From positions 33,542,001 to 33,606,000 of the forward strand of contig OZ024741.1 of the NCBI GenBank assembly GCA_964016885.1: a stretch of DNA of 64,000 bases, in the 5' to 3' direction. Below are positions 27,593 to 42,784 of this stretch, one piece after another (positions within the stretch are counted from its first letter, which is position 1; every line of letters starts with the position of its first letter). The notes below the pieces were generated by a model, which did not search any database, was not told the DNA's origin, and saw only the letters and a list, made by a program, of their open reading frames with translations. This stretch comes from Eledone cirrhosa (taxonomy: Eukaryota). The translations under genes were made by a program, and so were the position numbers.

Positions 27593-27814
27593 TTGTGTGG
27601 GCATATACGTGTGTGTTCATGAAATATTTGATTTGCTCGCGCATGTCTATTTTCATCCTCTATGTATTAGTGTGCTTACGTGTGTTGGAGGCAAATATAC
27701 CTCACGCACACACACACAGTCATACATATATATATACATATATACACACACACACACAGTCATATATATATATATACATATATATTTAGAGATACATGTA
27801 TATATATATATATA

Positions 27815-27889
<75 letters not shown>

Positions 27890-28683
27890 CCACACACAGG
27901 TACAAGATCAAACAATTGATTTCACCATATGTCGGCTTACTGCCAATGTTCCTTGATGTAGACCGGATCTAATTATTGATCCCGTGTCATTCATAGAGGA
28001 AACTTCATCAAAAACCGATTATCGATTAGTTCTACCTTACCCACCCTACGGTTATAAATGTCCCCTTCCGAGTCTCACATGGAATGTGGTTGTAGCGTTG
28101 GTGTTGCTATAGGTGGGGGAATGATGGTGGTGTTGGTTGTCTTGGTGGTGGTGGTGGTGGTTGTCTCAATGGTGATAGTGGTGGCAGTAGTGGTTGTCTT
28201 GGTGGTGGTGGTGGTTGTCTTGGTGGTGTTGGTGGTGGTAGTGGTTGTCTTGGTGGTGGTGGTGGTGGTGGTGGGGGTAGTTGTCCTGGTGGTGGTGGTG
28301 GTGGTGGTAGTTGTCTTGGTGGTGGTGGTAAATGATATAGGAGGTTAATGTTGGGGATGTTGATGTTGGTCCTTGTGCTGGTGTCATTGGTATCCATGGA
28401 AGGTTTGGTAGTACTTGTGTTGGCTTAGTTAGTGTTAGTTGTTTTAGTTGGCTATGGTCTTAGTAATGTATTGGATGACATATGTATGAGAATCGTGAAT
28501 CATTATCGCCGTCATCATCATCATCATCATCATCATCATCACCATCACCACTATCATCATCTTCACCATCACCGTCACCACCACCATCGTCATAATAGTT
28601 GTATAACCCTCGTGTTAGTTCTGTTATCTCAGTCATGAAGTTATCAAGTATCGTCTCCTCTCAACATGTTGAACACTATAGGA

Positions 28684-29301
28684 CAGAGGTTCGCAAACTT
28701 TTGGGGCCAATGCCACCCCTACGGCCAAGTAATACCCTCAGTCCCCCGCCCCTATTTTCAGAGAGACCTACCTGCGTGCAAATTGTAAATAATATGTAAT
28801 AAATAAAATCGTTAATTTAATATATAATAGATAATTGTTTCTACTTTTGGCACAAGGCCAGCAATTATCCCAGTGTATTACTGGTACTTTATTTTGTCGA
28901 CCCCGTAAGGATGAAGGTCAAAGTTAACCTCAGCGGGATTTGAACTCAGATCGTAAAGGGACGTAACTATGCTGGAAAGCATGGCGTCCGACCCTCTACC
29001 GATACTGCCAATCCACCGCCCTATATATAATAAATAATACAGTATATACTATATATAAATAAATATATATTTTTTTAGTTTACTATATTTATATATAATT
29101 AAGGGCCGTAACTCTTTGCTGTAAAGCATGGCGTCCGACCCTCTACTATATATAATATGTATCATTTGATATTTAATATACTATTATATCATTTTACACA
29201 CACACACCCCTCACACATACACTGCCCCCTTAGGCTCCAGCACCCCGCTGGACCATCTCAACGTCCACCGGCGGCGGTAGCGCCTACTTTAAGAACCTCT
29301 G
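28684..29301. mobile_element. hAT MITE with 8-bp TSD and nested SINE A (28830-29022, minus strand)
   Basis: TIR CAGAGGTTC / GAACCTCTG; TSD CTATAGGA at 28676-28683 and 29302-29309. Confidence 0.9.
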
Positions 29302-29639
29302 CTATAGGAGTATGTCACTGTCATACTATCCACAGTCAACAACAGATGAGCGTGGGTTCTAATCCCTTCCCTGATATCGCTGTAAACCACAGCGGGATTT
29401 GAACTCGGAATACGAAGAACCAGATTCGATATATTCTAACGATTCCGCTAGGTCGCTCATCCTACAATGATATTTTATTTTATCATTTCCCACAAAATGG
29501 AAGACAAACTTGATCTCGGTGGGGTTTGAATTCAAAATGCAGGAAAGCCGGAATAAATACCTTAAAGTATTTCTATCGCCACCACCGCGTCGTTTTAAGG
29601 CTTCCGCCTTATGCTTCAATAACAGGGACAAATTAGTGT

Positions 29640-29968
29640 AAAACTGAGGCACTCCGTCGGTTACGACTGAGTGTTCCAGTTGATCTGATCAACGGAACAG
29701 CTGCTCATGAAATTAGCGTGCAAGTGGCTGGCCATACTACAAACACGCGTATCTTTAACGCAGTTCTCAGGGAGATTCAGCGTGACACAGAATATGACAA
29801 GGCTGGACCTTCGAATTACAGGTACAACACATTTTTGCCGGCTGAGTGGACTGGAGTAACGTGAAATAAACTGTCATGCTGAAGGATACAACACCCCGCT
29901 GGGAATCGGACTCACGACCTTACGATTGTAAGCTAAATACCCTAACCACAAAGCCATGCGAGTTCACG
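29640..29968 (-). mobile_element. SINE family B variant
   Basis: GAGTGGACTGGAGTAACGTGAAATAAA..GGAATCGGACTCACGACCTTACGATTG..CTAACCAC. Confidence 0.75.
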
Positions 29969-30749
29969 TTGTTGTCTTACAATCCCCTAAAATCGCGTCC
30001 TAGCAGGATATATGTGGTAACATGGAAGGCTGAAAAGAAACAGTGAAAAATGAGAAAGCAGCTATATTTTCTGGGTAAAACAAAACAATCAAGACATCCT
30101 GTTGTCGTAAATCAAAATATATTTTACTTTCGTTATGCAGCTGCAGTGAACTGACATATATGTAGTCACTTGTGAGATGCTGGAAATAATAGCCAGATGA
30201 CTCTAAAACTACACTTTGTTATTGCTACATTGTACAATAAAGCCATTGATAGCCTTTCGTCGTATGTCTGCTTGATAATTTCTGTCCTGACATGAGGACT
30301 AAACAACAACAATGACGATAGAGATGGTGGTGATGGTGGTGGTGGTGGTGGTGGTAATGATGATGGTGATGGCGGTGGTAATGATGATGCTGATGGTGGT
30401 GGTGGCGGTGGTGGTGGTGTTTTTTGGTGGTAGGTGTGGTGGTGGTGGTGGTGGTGGTGTGGGTTATGATGACGATGACAACGACAATAATGATGGAGAG
30501 TGATTATGATGATGATGATGGGAGGGGGTATAGTGATGGTGATGATGATGATGGTGATGGGAGGGGGTATGGTGATGATGATGATGGGAGGGGGTATAGT
30601 GATGGTGATGATGATGATCTTATATTTTGTCGTTATCGAATGAGAAATTCCAGTGTCAAGCTACAATCACGTGACAAAAGCTCTGCCCAGACTGATATAA
30701 AACTAATTCTATCTCATCTCGGCTGTAATAAAGAATATGATTACTAACA

Positions 30750-30824
<75 letters not shown>

Positions 30825-30891
30825 GCATCAATACACACATACAAACACGCACACACACTCACACACCCTCGCATCAATAAACACATACAAA

Positions 30892-30970
<79 letters not shown>

Positions 30971-31289
30971 CCACACACAAATAAAAAGAAATTCTGAAAA
31001 AATAAACTATTTTCAAATCTTATTTCCAGTTTGTTTCAAAATCCACCCACAGGACCTTGGATTAGTGTGTTTTCTACATTAATAATGAAATGCAAATTGG
31101 AATTTCCAATTCGGTAATACAAAAATATTTGGTAGGCTTCAAAAGCCATTAGTTTCGTATTTCTCTGTGGACAGAGAAAGGCGTACACGATCTGTCTGAA
31201 CGACTGCCATGCATTGGAGTCAAAATTCCAGTCAGATCGTTCGATCGTCTTCGATCCGCGGAAAAATACGCAAACGATATATACATATA

Positions 31290-31356
<67 letters not shown>

Positions 31357-31474
31357 ATACACGCACAACGTTCGAATTTGAATAATACAAACTTAGTTTG
31401 CCATAGAGTGAGTGAGGAAACGGTCAGAACTATGTACGTTCCATTCTACTTGTTTCGTCTCCTAATTATATATA

Positions 31475-31519
<45 letters not shown>

Positions 31520-31637
31520 GTGTGTGTGTGTACTAATTTAAGAAGGTATCATAACATATAATATATATGATATTTGTATTTCTCAGTAGAAAAGCTCAAT
31601 GCACATTTACCCAGATCATCAATAATTAAAATTTAAA

Positions 31638-31739
<102 letters not shown>

Positions 31740-31912
31740 GTCTGAGAATCAGTATTTTGTACATACAAAGCACATAATATTTAAGAGTTAATACGTACTT
31801 CAAGGTGAAAAGGTTCTTCTTTCCTTATGGTACCATTTCATGATTCATAAACCAAAATTCGATCTAAGGGTCCATCATCGATCACCAATTATTGATTTTG
31901 GTAAAGCTACGT

Positions 31913-31959
<47 letters not shown>

Positions 31960-32052
31960 GTCAACATGAATGGACCTGTTATTTTTATCTAAAGACATTT
32001 TTTCCAATTCCAACCCGCCCGTCCCCCTCAATCTATCTTATTTCTCATTCTT

Positions 32053-32088
32053 TCTTCTGATGAAGAAGTAGCGTCCGAAACGTTAAGA
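32053..32088 (+). ncRNA. Minimal hammerhead-like motif
   Basis: tctt-CTGATGA-agaagtagcgtcc-GAAA-cg-TT-aaga; stem II decayed relative to the 16040 copy. Confidence 0.55.
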
Positions 32089-32209
32089 CCCTCTTCCTGC
32101 TATTTCATACGTTAACCTAATATATTCCTTCTATATACTGTACCGATTGTGTTATTTCTGTTTATTTTTTACATACACACACACATATTATATATATATA
32201 TATATATAT

Positions 32210-32245
<36 letters not shown>

Positions 32246-32263
32246 CATATATTTATATATATA

Positions 32264-32684
32264 TATATATTGGTAAACGGAATAGAAAATACTGATAAAT
32301 TGTTCACAGTTGAAAAATGGTTTAATTAGGAATAAAAGAGTATTAGTGATTGTTGTATGGGTTAGTATTCAGTTGTGGTTTTAAGTTTTTAAGTTTTTAC
32401 CGGTTGCGCATTTCTAAATGCTTTTCAAAAATAATTTTGAGATAGAGTGTCCGTGCTGTTTGCTCTGATCTGAGCAAACAGATCAGAGCAAACAGCACGG
32501 ACACTCTATCTCAAAATTATTTTTGAAAAGCATTTAGAAATGCGCAACCGGTAAAAACTTAAAAACTTAAAACCACAACTGAATACTAACCCATACAATC
32601 ACTAATACTCTTTTATTCCTAATTAAACCATTTTTCAACTGTGAACAATTTGTCAGCATTTTCTATTCCGTTTACCAATATATA
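32264..32684. repeat. Fold-back palindrome, about 205-bp arms, 6-nt loop, in (TA)n; UUGAAAA hammerhead variant in each arm
   Basis: Arms differ by about 2 substitutions and a 3-bp indel. 32520-32556 reads ttt-TTGAAAA-gcattt ag aaatgc-GCAA-ccgg-TA-aaa. Confidence 0.95.
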
Positions 32685-32922
32685 ATAACTTGTGTGTTAC
32701 ACCTCTATTCTTTTAACTATATATATATATGTATATAATATAATATATATATATATACATATATAATATGTGGTCTCTTACAATTTGAACACATGTATGT
32801 ATATATATGTGTTTATCTTCCTTTTTTTTATTCAATTATATTACACGGCTTAGAAAAACTTCTTTCATTGACCTCTTTAATTGTAAGAGACTATATTGAG
32901 TTTCTAACTCAATATATATCTT

Positions 32923-32967
<45 letters not shown>

Positions 32968-33340
32968 GAGCGAATACATGAAAATGAAGGAATACAGACA
33001 TTAGTCCCATATCATCAGTCGACCGCTAGAGATACGTTGTTTCTGTGTATTCATACAACTGGCTCTAGAGCACAAGGGACAGTCAGAAATGGACAAAAGA
33101 CAAGACGATAATCTTAACTATTTACAAATAATAGCAAATTTGCCAGTAACCGAATGATCTGCTACTGAAAAGATATTGACGAAACCCAACTTATCTATTA
33201 GCCAAGAAGAAGAGATAGAGAATATACAAACATGAATAAAACTATTGGCAGTTTGTTTGGACGTTAATTCCTAAAAAGACAGAAAAGGACAGACACGACG
33301 AGCAGAGAGTAAGAGATAAACTGAAGAAAGACAAACGCGG

Positions 33341-33382
<42 letters not shown>

Positions 33383-33385
<3 letters not shown>

Positions 33386-33668
33386 GGGTTCAATCGAGGC
33401 TAACCACAGTAAGTAAGGTACTCAATACATAACAGAGTATATATATTCAATATAGAAATGGCTTCTACATTTCTTTATTAAACATTGCATATACTCTACT
33501 ATGTATTGAGTACCTTACTTTCTGTGGTTTCCCCTGATTGAACCCGGGATAAACTTATCTTTTAGCACTTACTGTGCTCCTCTTAAACTTTGGGCTTCCT
33601 GATGATTTCTCGCGAATGAAACAGTTTCAGTCCTGTAGAAGCCATTTCTATATTAAATATATATATAT

Positions 33669-33700
<32 letters not shown>

Positions 33701-34060
33701 TTATCCCGGGTTCAATTGGGAGTAACCACAGTAAGAAAGGTACTCAATACATAGCAGAGTATATACAATGTTTGATATAGAAATGGCTTCTACAGGGCTA
33801 GGACTGTTTCATTCCAAGGAAATCATCAGGTAATATACCACCAAATCTCTGGTACATCATACTCATTCATCTTAAAAGATAAAGGGACACATTGATTAAT
33901 GTAATACCTGATATACAAAATGTCATATTATTGAAGGCTGGAAGGAATTTGTTCATCCTGCTCAAATGGAGTTAATTTCAGGCACAATCAGGGCTTTCCT
34001 GATGATTTCCTTCGAATGAAACAGTTCTAATCCTGTAGAAGCCATTTTAATTTTAAACAT

Positions 34061-34062
<2 letters not shown>
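33383..34062. mobile_element. Cluster of family H copies in both orientations
   Basis: Copies at 33383-33467 (-), 33468-33660 (+), 33700-33830 (-) and 33990-34060 (+); CTGATGA..GAATGAAACAGTT cores. Confidence 0.8.
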
Positions 34063-34131
<69 letters not shown>

Positions 34132-34146
34132 TTATATATATATATA

Positions 34147-36115
34147 AACCACTTTCAAACCACTTTCAAATGGCATTCAAAGAGGCAGCGGCCGACACCA
34201 TCCCTTTAAAACCCAAGGTTAAAAAACGAAAACTCTGGGAAACAGAGAGGATACGCCAAAAGCGCAAAGAGTTGCGAAAAGCTGCAGAATTAAAAGACAC
34301 TCAACGATCTCCAGAAAACATTAGTAACTTCAATGCTGCTTGTACAGCACTGAAAAGTGAGTATGAAATTGAACAAGCCGAATACATGCAGCGAAAGATC
34401 AATCATATCTCGAGTACTGTCAGCAATAAGAAGTCTGCTGAAGCCTGGAAAACTGTCAATGAAATTAGTGGCAGAAAAAGTAGTGACAGAGCCAAACTGA
34501 AAGCCTCTAGGCAAGACGAACGTTTAAAACTGTGGCAACAACATTTTCAGAACCTACTTGGCAAAGCACCACAGATCATCGAAGAAGAAATAATACCCGT
34601 TTTTACAGAGGAACACCAAATACAGAAAGGTCCTTTCACTATGGAGGAACTACAGAAGGCAGTGAAAAGTATTGGTAACGGAAAAGCGTGCGGACTCGAC
34701 GAGATCCCAGCTGAAGTGTGGAAGGTACCTGAATTTCACCCAATCCTACTAGAGTTGTGTAATGGTGTCTATAATCAAGACCCCATAGAAAAATGGACTG
34801 AGGGATGTATACTCTCTTTTCCCAAAAAGGGCGATCTTGGAATGGCTAAAAACTACCGTGGCATAACACTAATGGCAATTGTCGCAAAGATATACAATCT
34901 CATGCTGTTTGACAGAATAAGACCTGTCATTGACCCCTTGCTGAGAAAAAACCAAAATGGCTTCCGCACCAACAGATCAACATCAGGGAAAATACTTACT
35001 ATTCGGCATATCTTGGAAGGCGTAAAAGCCAAAAACCTCCCAGCAACTCTCCTGTTTATTGACTTTTCAAAAGCATTTGATTCCATCCATCGTGGGAGGA
35101 TGAGAGAGATACTTCTAGCCTACGGCTTGCCAAAGGAAACAGTAAATGCCATCATGATGTTATATAAAAACACCCGCGCAATGGTGCGCTCACCTGATGG
35201 AGATACCAACTTCTTTGACATCATTGCAGGAGTACTCTTGCACCATATATTTTTATCATCTGCCTCGACTATGTATTGAGAAAAGCCCTGGACGAAAACT
35301 TAGAGCTTGGTTTCACCCTCACAAAGCGCCATGCAGCTCAGAAAATCACCGATGCTCACTATGCGGATGATTTAGCGGTCCTCGCTGACTACCTTAAGGA
35401 TGCAACATTACTACTTCACAGCATCGAATCAGTTGCAAAGGAAATCGATCTCTATGCCAATGCAGGCAAAACAGAATATATTTGCCTGAACCAAGACTCC
35501 TCAGTGGTATGCGAAGTCTAAACGGCGATATAATCAAGCAAGTTGACGACTTCAAATACCTGGGTAGCTATATCGCCTCCACAGAACATGATGTTAACAT
35601 CAGACGGGGAAAAGCCTGGGGAGCACTGAATGCAATGGAAAAGATATGGAAAACTGAAAAGGAATTTCTTCAGAGCTGCTGTGGAATCTGTGCTTGTTTA
35701 TGGCTCTGTCACTTGGACGCTAACGTCGAAACTGGAGAAAAAGCTAGACGGGGCATACACACGTATGCTCCGCACTGCTGTAAACGTGTCGTGGAGGGAA
35801 CACCCAACAAATAAGGATCTCTATGGCAATATACCACCTATCAGCAGGTCAATACGTGGACAGAGACTCAGATTTGCTGGCCACTGTTGGCGCAGCAAGG
35901 AAGAAATAGCAGGTGATGTGTTGTTATGGAGTCCATCTCATGGAGCAAGACACGCTGGTCGTCCCAAGAAGACATACGTCAAGCAATTTGAGGACGATGC
36001 TGGATGCACTGCGGAAGAACTGGCAAACGCTATGAGAGACAGAGATGGATGGAGGAAATGTATCGTAGAAAGCCGAGCAAGCTCGACCTGAAGATGATGA
36101 TGATGATGTTGATGA

Positions 36116-36119
<4 letters not shown>
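34147..36119 (+). mobile_element. RTE-clade LINE, 5'-truncated, frameshifted reverse transcriptase
   Basis: KACGLDEIP, NYRGITL, QNGFR, LFIDFSKAFDSI, YADD (about 35360), FKYLGS, LRFAGHCWR; (TGA)n tail. Confidence 0.92.
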
Positions 36120-36154
<35 letters not shown>

Positions 36155-36707
36155 GAGTATTGATAATGAAACCACAACGCGAAAGAATAATTACGTGGAT
36201 TTGTGTGGGGTGGTTCAGTGCGAGAAGAATCTTTAGAGTGAGGCTCAAATGTCAACGTGTGACTTAAGCCATGTATTATCCCATGATCTAGATAACGAGT
36301 GAGTCGTGTTTCTACACGTTCTTCACAACTGTTAGAAATAACCACCAAACCTCTGGTATGCTCCATCATTTTAAAGAGTAAAAGGACACATTAGTTAATG
36401 TAATATCTGATATACAAAATGTCAAATTTTCCAAGGCTTGAAGGAATTTGTTCATAACCCTGCTCAAATGGAGTTAATTTCAGGTACAATGAGCTTTTAA
36501 CTATGACCAGCTAACATATATGTATTTCGCTACTATGAGCGGCAACAGTTGTACTGTAAAATTGCTGAGTGTTTTAGGTAATACAACTTGAGTATCAGTA
36601 CTTCACATTGATTGAGGTCATTTTGGTGTAAATACTGATTCTAAAGCCAGAACGTGTCGTTTTAAAAATGAAAACTGTATAATTTAAGTTGGTTACATAT
36701 AGTTTGT

Positions 36708-37045
36708 GAAGGCGCATGGTATATTGAATAGAGTATCGGGCTTACGATTGTGAGGTTGTGAGTTCGATTTTCAAACCGGGCTTAAGTTCTTGAGCAAGAC
36801 ACTTTAATTCACGTTGCTCCAGTTCACTGAGCCAGCAGTAGAAATAAGTTGCGATGTCACTGGTGCCAAGCTGCATCGGCCATTGCCCTTACCTTGGACA
36901 ACATCGGTGCCGTTGAGAGAGGGGAGTGGTATGCATGGGTGACTACTGGTCTTCTACAAACAACCTTGCCGGGACTTGGGCCTCAGAGGGAAACTTTCTA
37001 GGTGAATCCCATGGTCTTTCATGACCGAAGTGAGGTCTGTACCCT
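36708..37045 (+). mobile_element. SINE family B, long form
   Basis: GAAGGCGCATGG..GAGTTCGATT..TTGAGCAAGACACTT..CACGTTGCTCCAG. Confidence 0.8.
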
Positions 37046-37623
37046 TTTATATATAGCATATAGGTACCCCTTTCCAGCTGTTTCTTTTTGTAAAATTGAA
37101 GAATTTTATATTGGAATTGGATTTGTTATTTGCTTTTATTTGTATATGACAAGCAGGAATTGCATGTCTTGCATTCATGCAGGAAACACCACTGCGCCCT
37201 CTACATGGATATATTTGATTTCATCTGCTTACCACAACACACATCGGATATAAGCATCAGCCAACTTCCTTAGTCTTACATCATCTGACCTGCTCCAGCA
37301 TCTTTGACATATTTGCATTCATTTCCGGGGAAATGTTATCTGCTATAGTAGTAAAGCCGTTGGATTACGGCAAATATTCTCTTTTTGGACATTCTTAATC
37401 CGTAAGATTAGGCAGGATTTATGAGGAGAGGAACTCCCAGCTGTAGTAGTAGATCATGTGATTACTGCAACAATATTTCAAGTGACTTACACGCATACTA
37501 TAACTGGACGTTAGATGTGCTTCAAAACAACTTTCTTTCTGGCTTTCTGTCCACATATCCATCTATCTATCTACCTATCCATCTATCTATCTTTCTATCT
37601 ATCTACATATCTGGCTATCTGTT

Positions 37624-37765
<142 letters not shown>

Positions 37766-37813
37766 TTTCTTTCTATCTATCCAGAAATATGTCTATCTAT
37801 CTATCCACATCTC

Positions 37814-37895
37814 TATTGGGTCGTCAAGTATGAAATTTGTAGAAATTTGTAGAAAAGAAAACATCTCTACAAATTTCATACTTGACGACCTAATA
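37814..37895. mobile_element. Tiny mariner-like MITE (TIR-only hairpin)
   Basis: TATTGGGTCGTCAAGTATGAAATTTGTAGA / TCTACAAATTTCATACTTGACGACCTAATA, with TA ends. Confidence 0.75.
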
Positions 37896-38282
37896 TATAT
37901 CTACCTCACTGACTATTTTTCATACATAATATAATATATGTGTGGGTGTATATATATATGTGTGTGTGTGTATGTGGGTGTATATATATGTGTGTGTGTG
38001 TATGCCTGCCTGTGTATGTGTATACATGTATGTATGCCCAAATCTTATCTATATTATCTCTATACAGATCTATCCAACAATAATTTTCAAATGGGTGTGG
38101 GTATATTCTTAATCATCTGCCTTCATATTTCGATTTATTCCAATCAATGTTTGACAGCTTGTCTATCTATCATACCAATCAATCACGCTATCTATATATT
38201 TTTATATATATACTCTCTCTCACTCTCTCTCCTCTCTCTCTCCCCTCTCTCTCTCTATATATATATATATATACACGCACAA

Positions 38283-38387
<105 letters not shown>

Positions 38388-38469
38388 TTATATGAAGGTG
38401 GGGGTGGACGTCTATCAAACATAATCTCATTTGATCTGACTATTCTGTTATTGTATTCATCTACCTGCC

Positions 38470-38535
<66 letters not shown>

Positions 38536-38864
38536 GCATATATATGTACATATATATATGTACATATATACATATAGAAATGATAGATAGATCCAGAGAG
38601 ACACAGAGAGCGTGTATGCGCGTATATGTGTGTACGTGCGTATGTGCCTGTATATGTATGTGAGAGATCTATGCAAACGGTGGAATCTAAACATTTAAGT
38701 TTCTATACAAATCTATCTGTCTGTGTGTAGAAAAGTTTGTTTTATATACACGAGCTTCTGTTTAGATTTATTGCTGCTACGCCAGAATGTTTAAGTAATT
38801 CACAATAAAAAAACATTTTTTTCATTTCGTAGCCTTCCATGTAAATGTGCCTAGGAAAGTATGC

Positions 38865-38907
<43 letters not shown>

Positions 38908-39694
38908 GGGAGAGTGAGAGAATATATATATATATATATATATATACGCGTGTGTGTGTGTTTGTGCGAGTGCATGATTGTATATATATGTGTATGTGTA
39001 TATATATATATGTGTGTGTGTGTATATATATGTGTGTGTGTGTAGAGAGAGAGAGAGGTGATTAAGATTTATAATAGACTTGAAATTAAATGATGTATTT
39101 ATGCACGCTAATACACACACCAACACACATGCATACACACTATTTGGCACAGGGAATATTTAAGCGTTTGCAGAAAGAAACCATGCTTAAAACATTTGAA
39201 AAAAAATGAAAGAAATAAAGAGTGAAAGAAAGGGTCCAGATATGCCAAAAAAAGAAAAAGAAATATATATGTATATATACAGTATATATATATATATATA
39301 TAAATATATCGGCGGGAGGGGGGGTGTTGTAACAGTCTTTTGAAACTAGGAAACTGGCTTGTCTGAAAGAATGCGATACGGCATAATGTTGAAGTGTGAA
39401 ATATTTTATCATAGGTTTCTTTGCATCTCTTGATGTTTAAGGCGCGAAATATGTGATAAAGAGATATCAAACACGCTGAACGAGAAAATACGCCATTTTT
39501 ATTTGTTTATTTGTTTGTTTGTTTCCATGTTTATGTGTATGTGAGCTTATACATATTTTTTATATTTTTGTACGTATACATGAGTGCATGTATATATGTA
39601 CGTACGTACCTATGTATGTGTGTGTGCAAGTACGTTTGTGAATGTATACGCTTATGTATATATGTATAAATATATGTGTGGGTATATAAATATT

Positions 39695-39741
<47 letters not shown>

Positions 39742-39767
39742 ATAATAGTAATAATAATAAATTTGAA

Positions 39768-40075
<308 letters not shown>

Positions 40076-40263
40076 AGAAAGGGGGGGTAGAGAGAGATGA
40101 CTTTTACAGGACTAAAACTGTAATAAAGATGCCTATACTCTACCAATGTATTGAGTACCCTTTTTAACTCGAGAATCTACATATTATATATATGTATTAC
40201 TCTTTTACTCTTACTCTTTTACTTATGCCAGCCATCCGGCTGACCATGCTGGGACACCACCCT

Positions 40264-40355
<92 letters not shown>

Positions 40356-40858
40356 AAAATTCATCAGAAATAATGGACCAAACGACGCAATTTGTTTTCG
40401 TTTTGTCTTGCTTTGGTTCGATGTCTCCTCTTTTTTTAATTGTCCTAAGTTTATTATTATTAATCTGTGACGAACGTGTTCCCTCTTCTTCCCACAATGA
40501 TTTCAACGGTTTACATTTTTTAACACGGTATCTTACTTTCTTCTTGCCTTTTTTCCTTATTTTTATGGTTTCGGTCTCACGAGGCTATCATTCCTAAAAA
40601 ATCCACAATGCGTTCTCCTTGTCGTCACATAAAATTCTTTGCGAACATGTTACAGTTTAATTGGTATACTTTATTGATTTGTTTTATCTGTTACTCCACG
40701 GACAGCGTTTTAGCTTGTGTGGGACGCTCCTACGGCGTGTAGACTAGCTGTATCGCCGGTAGGGGTCGAAACTGCCAGAAGTTAATCTCGACGGCTGAAG
40801 ACCTAGGATTTCTGTGTCTTTCATTTATACACACACATATATATATATGTATATACAC

Positions 40859-40914
<56 letters not shown>

Positions 40915-40921
40915 ATATATC

Positions 40922-40952
<31 letters not shown>

Positions 40953-41056
40953 GTATATATATATATGTAGACACACACACACATTGATATATAGTATATA
41001 GATATGTATGTGTATATATATAGATATGTATGTGTATATATATAGATATGTATGTG

Positions 41057-41135
<79 letters not shown>

Positions 41136-41264
41136 TTGTATACGAATGAAAAGCATACCCTCGAGGTATAAATGAAAAATATCTCTTTGTAGATGTCATT
41201 ATAAGTAATGGACATAGTGCACATTTGGAAACGATTTCTATAGAAACAGCGTAACTACATGTAG

Positions 41265-41327
<63 letters not shown>

Positions 41328-41603
41328 TCTCTCACTCTCTCTCTTTCTCACACACACACACACACACACACGCACACACACACACGTATCTGTATATATG
41401 TGTGTATATATGTGTGTGTGTGTATGTATATATATATATATATATATACATACCTACACGTGTACATATATACAGGCGCGTGCGCACTCTCACGCACGCA
41501 CACACACACACAGAAACACACACAACCCAGTGTCTTTTGAGGGTTCAAGATTCAGTATGTATGTTTGTTAGTGAATTTGTTATATTGCTTCTGCTGTCTC
41601 GTA

Positions 41604-42784
41604 CATTAGACCATCACCTCGTATATAATGTATGGAATGTCGTATGTACAACGTAACATTAGACCATCACCTCGTATATAATGTATGGAATGTCGTATGT
41701 ACAACGTAACATTAGACCATCACCTCGTATATAATGTATGGAATGTCGTATGGACAACGTTGCATTAGACCATCACCTCCTATATAATGTATGGAATGTC
41801 GTATGGACAACGTTACATTAGACCATCACCTCCTATATAATGTATGGAATGTCGTATGGACAACGTTACATTAGACCATCACCTCCTATATAATGTATGG
41901 AATGTCGTATGGACAACGTTACATTAGACCATCACCTCCTATATAATGTATGGAATATCGTATGGACAACGTTACATTAGACCATCACCTCCTATATAAT
42001 GTATGGAATGTCGTATGGATAACGTTGCATTAGACCATCACCTCCTATATAATGTATGGAATGTCGTATGGACAACGTTACATTAGACCATCACCTCCTA
42101 TATAATGTATGGAATGTCGTATGGATAACGTTGCATTAGACCATCACCTCCTATATAATGTATGGAATGTCGTATGGACAACGTTACATTAGACCATCAC
42201 CTCCTATATAATGTATGGAATGTCGTATGGACAACGTTACATTAGACCATCACCTCCTATATAATGTATGGAATGTCGTATGGACAACGTTACATTAGAC
42301 CATCACCTCCTATATAATGTATGGAATGTCGTGTGGACAACGTTACATTAGACCATCACCTCCTATATAATGTATGGAATGTCGTATGGACAACGTTACA
42401 TTAGACCATCACCTCCTATATAATGTATGGAATGTCGTATGGACAACGTTGCATTAGACCATCACCTCCTATATAATGTATGGAATGTCGTATGGACAAC
42501 GTTACATTAGACCATCACCTCCTATATAATGTATGGAATGTCGTATGGACAACGTTGCATTAGACCATCACCTCCTATATAATGTATGGAATATCGTATG
42601 GACAACGTTACATTAGACCATCACCTCCTATATAATGTATGGAATGTCGTATGGACAACGTTGCATTAGACCATCACCTCCTATATAATGTATGGAATGT
42701 CGTATGGACAACGTTACATTAGACCATCACCTCCTATATAATGTATGGAATGTCGTATGGACAACGTTGCATTAGACCATCACC
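41604..42784. repeat. 53-bp minisatellite x22
   Basis: CATTAGACCATCACCTCCTATATAATGTATGGAATGTCGTATGGACAACGTTR; unit starts run from 41604 to 42770 (22 x 53). Confidence 0.97.

Noticed and set aside
40750-40810. GGTC-GAAA..CTGAAGACC, a possible type II hammerhead
   Set aside because: Stems I and III cannot be paired convincingly; the same holds for CTGAAAA..GAAA at 33165-33190.
41604-42784. CRISPR-like appearance of the regular arrays (also 9444-10331, 58200-58912, 59551-59938)
   Set aside because: Units are contiguous with no unique spacers, there are no cas genes, and the context is eukaryotic.
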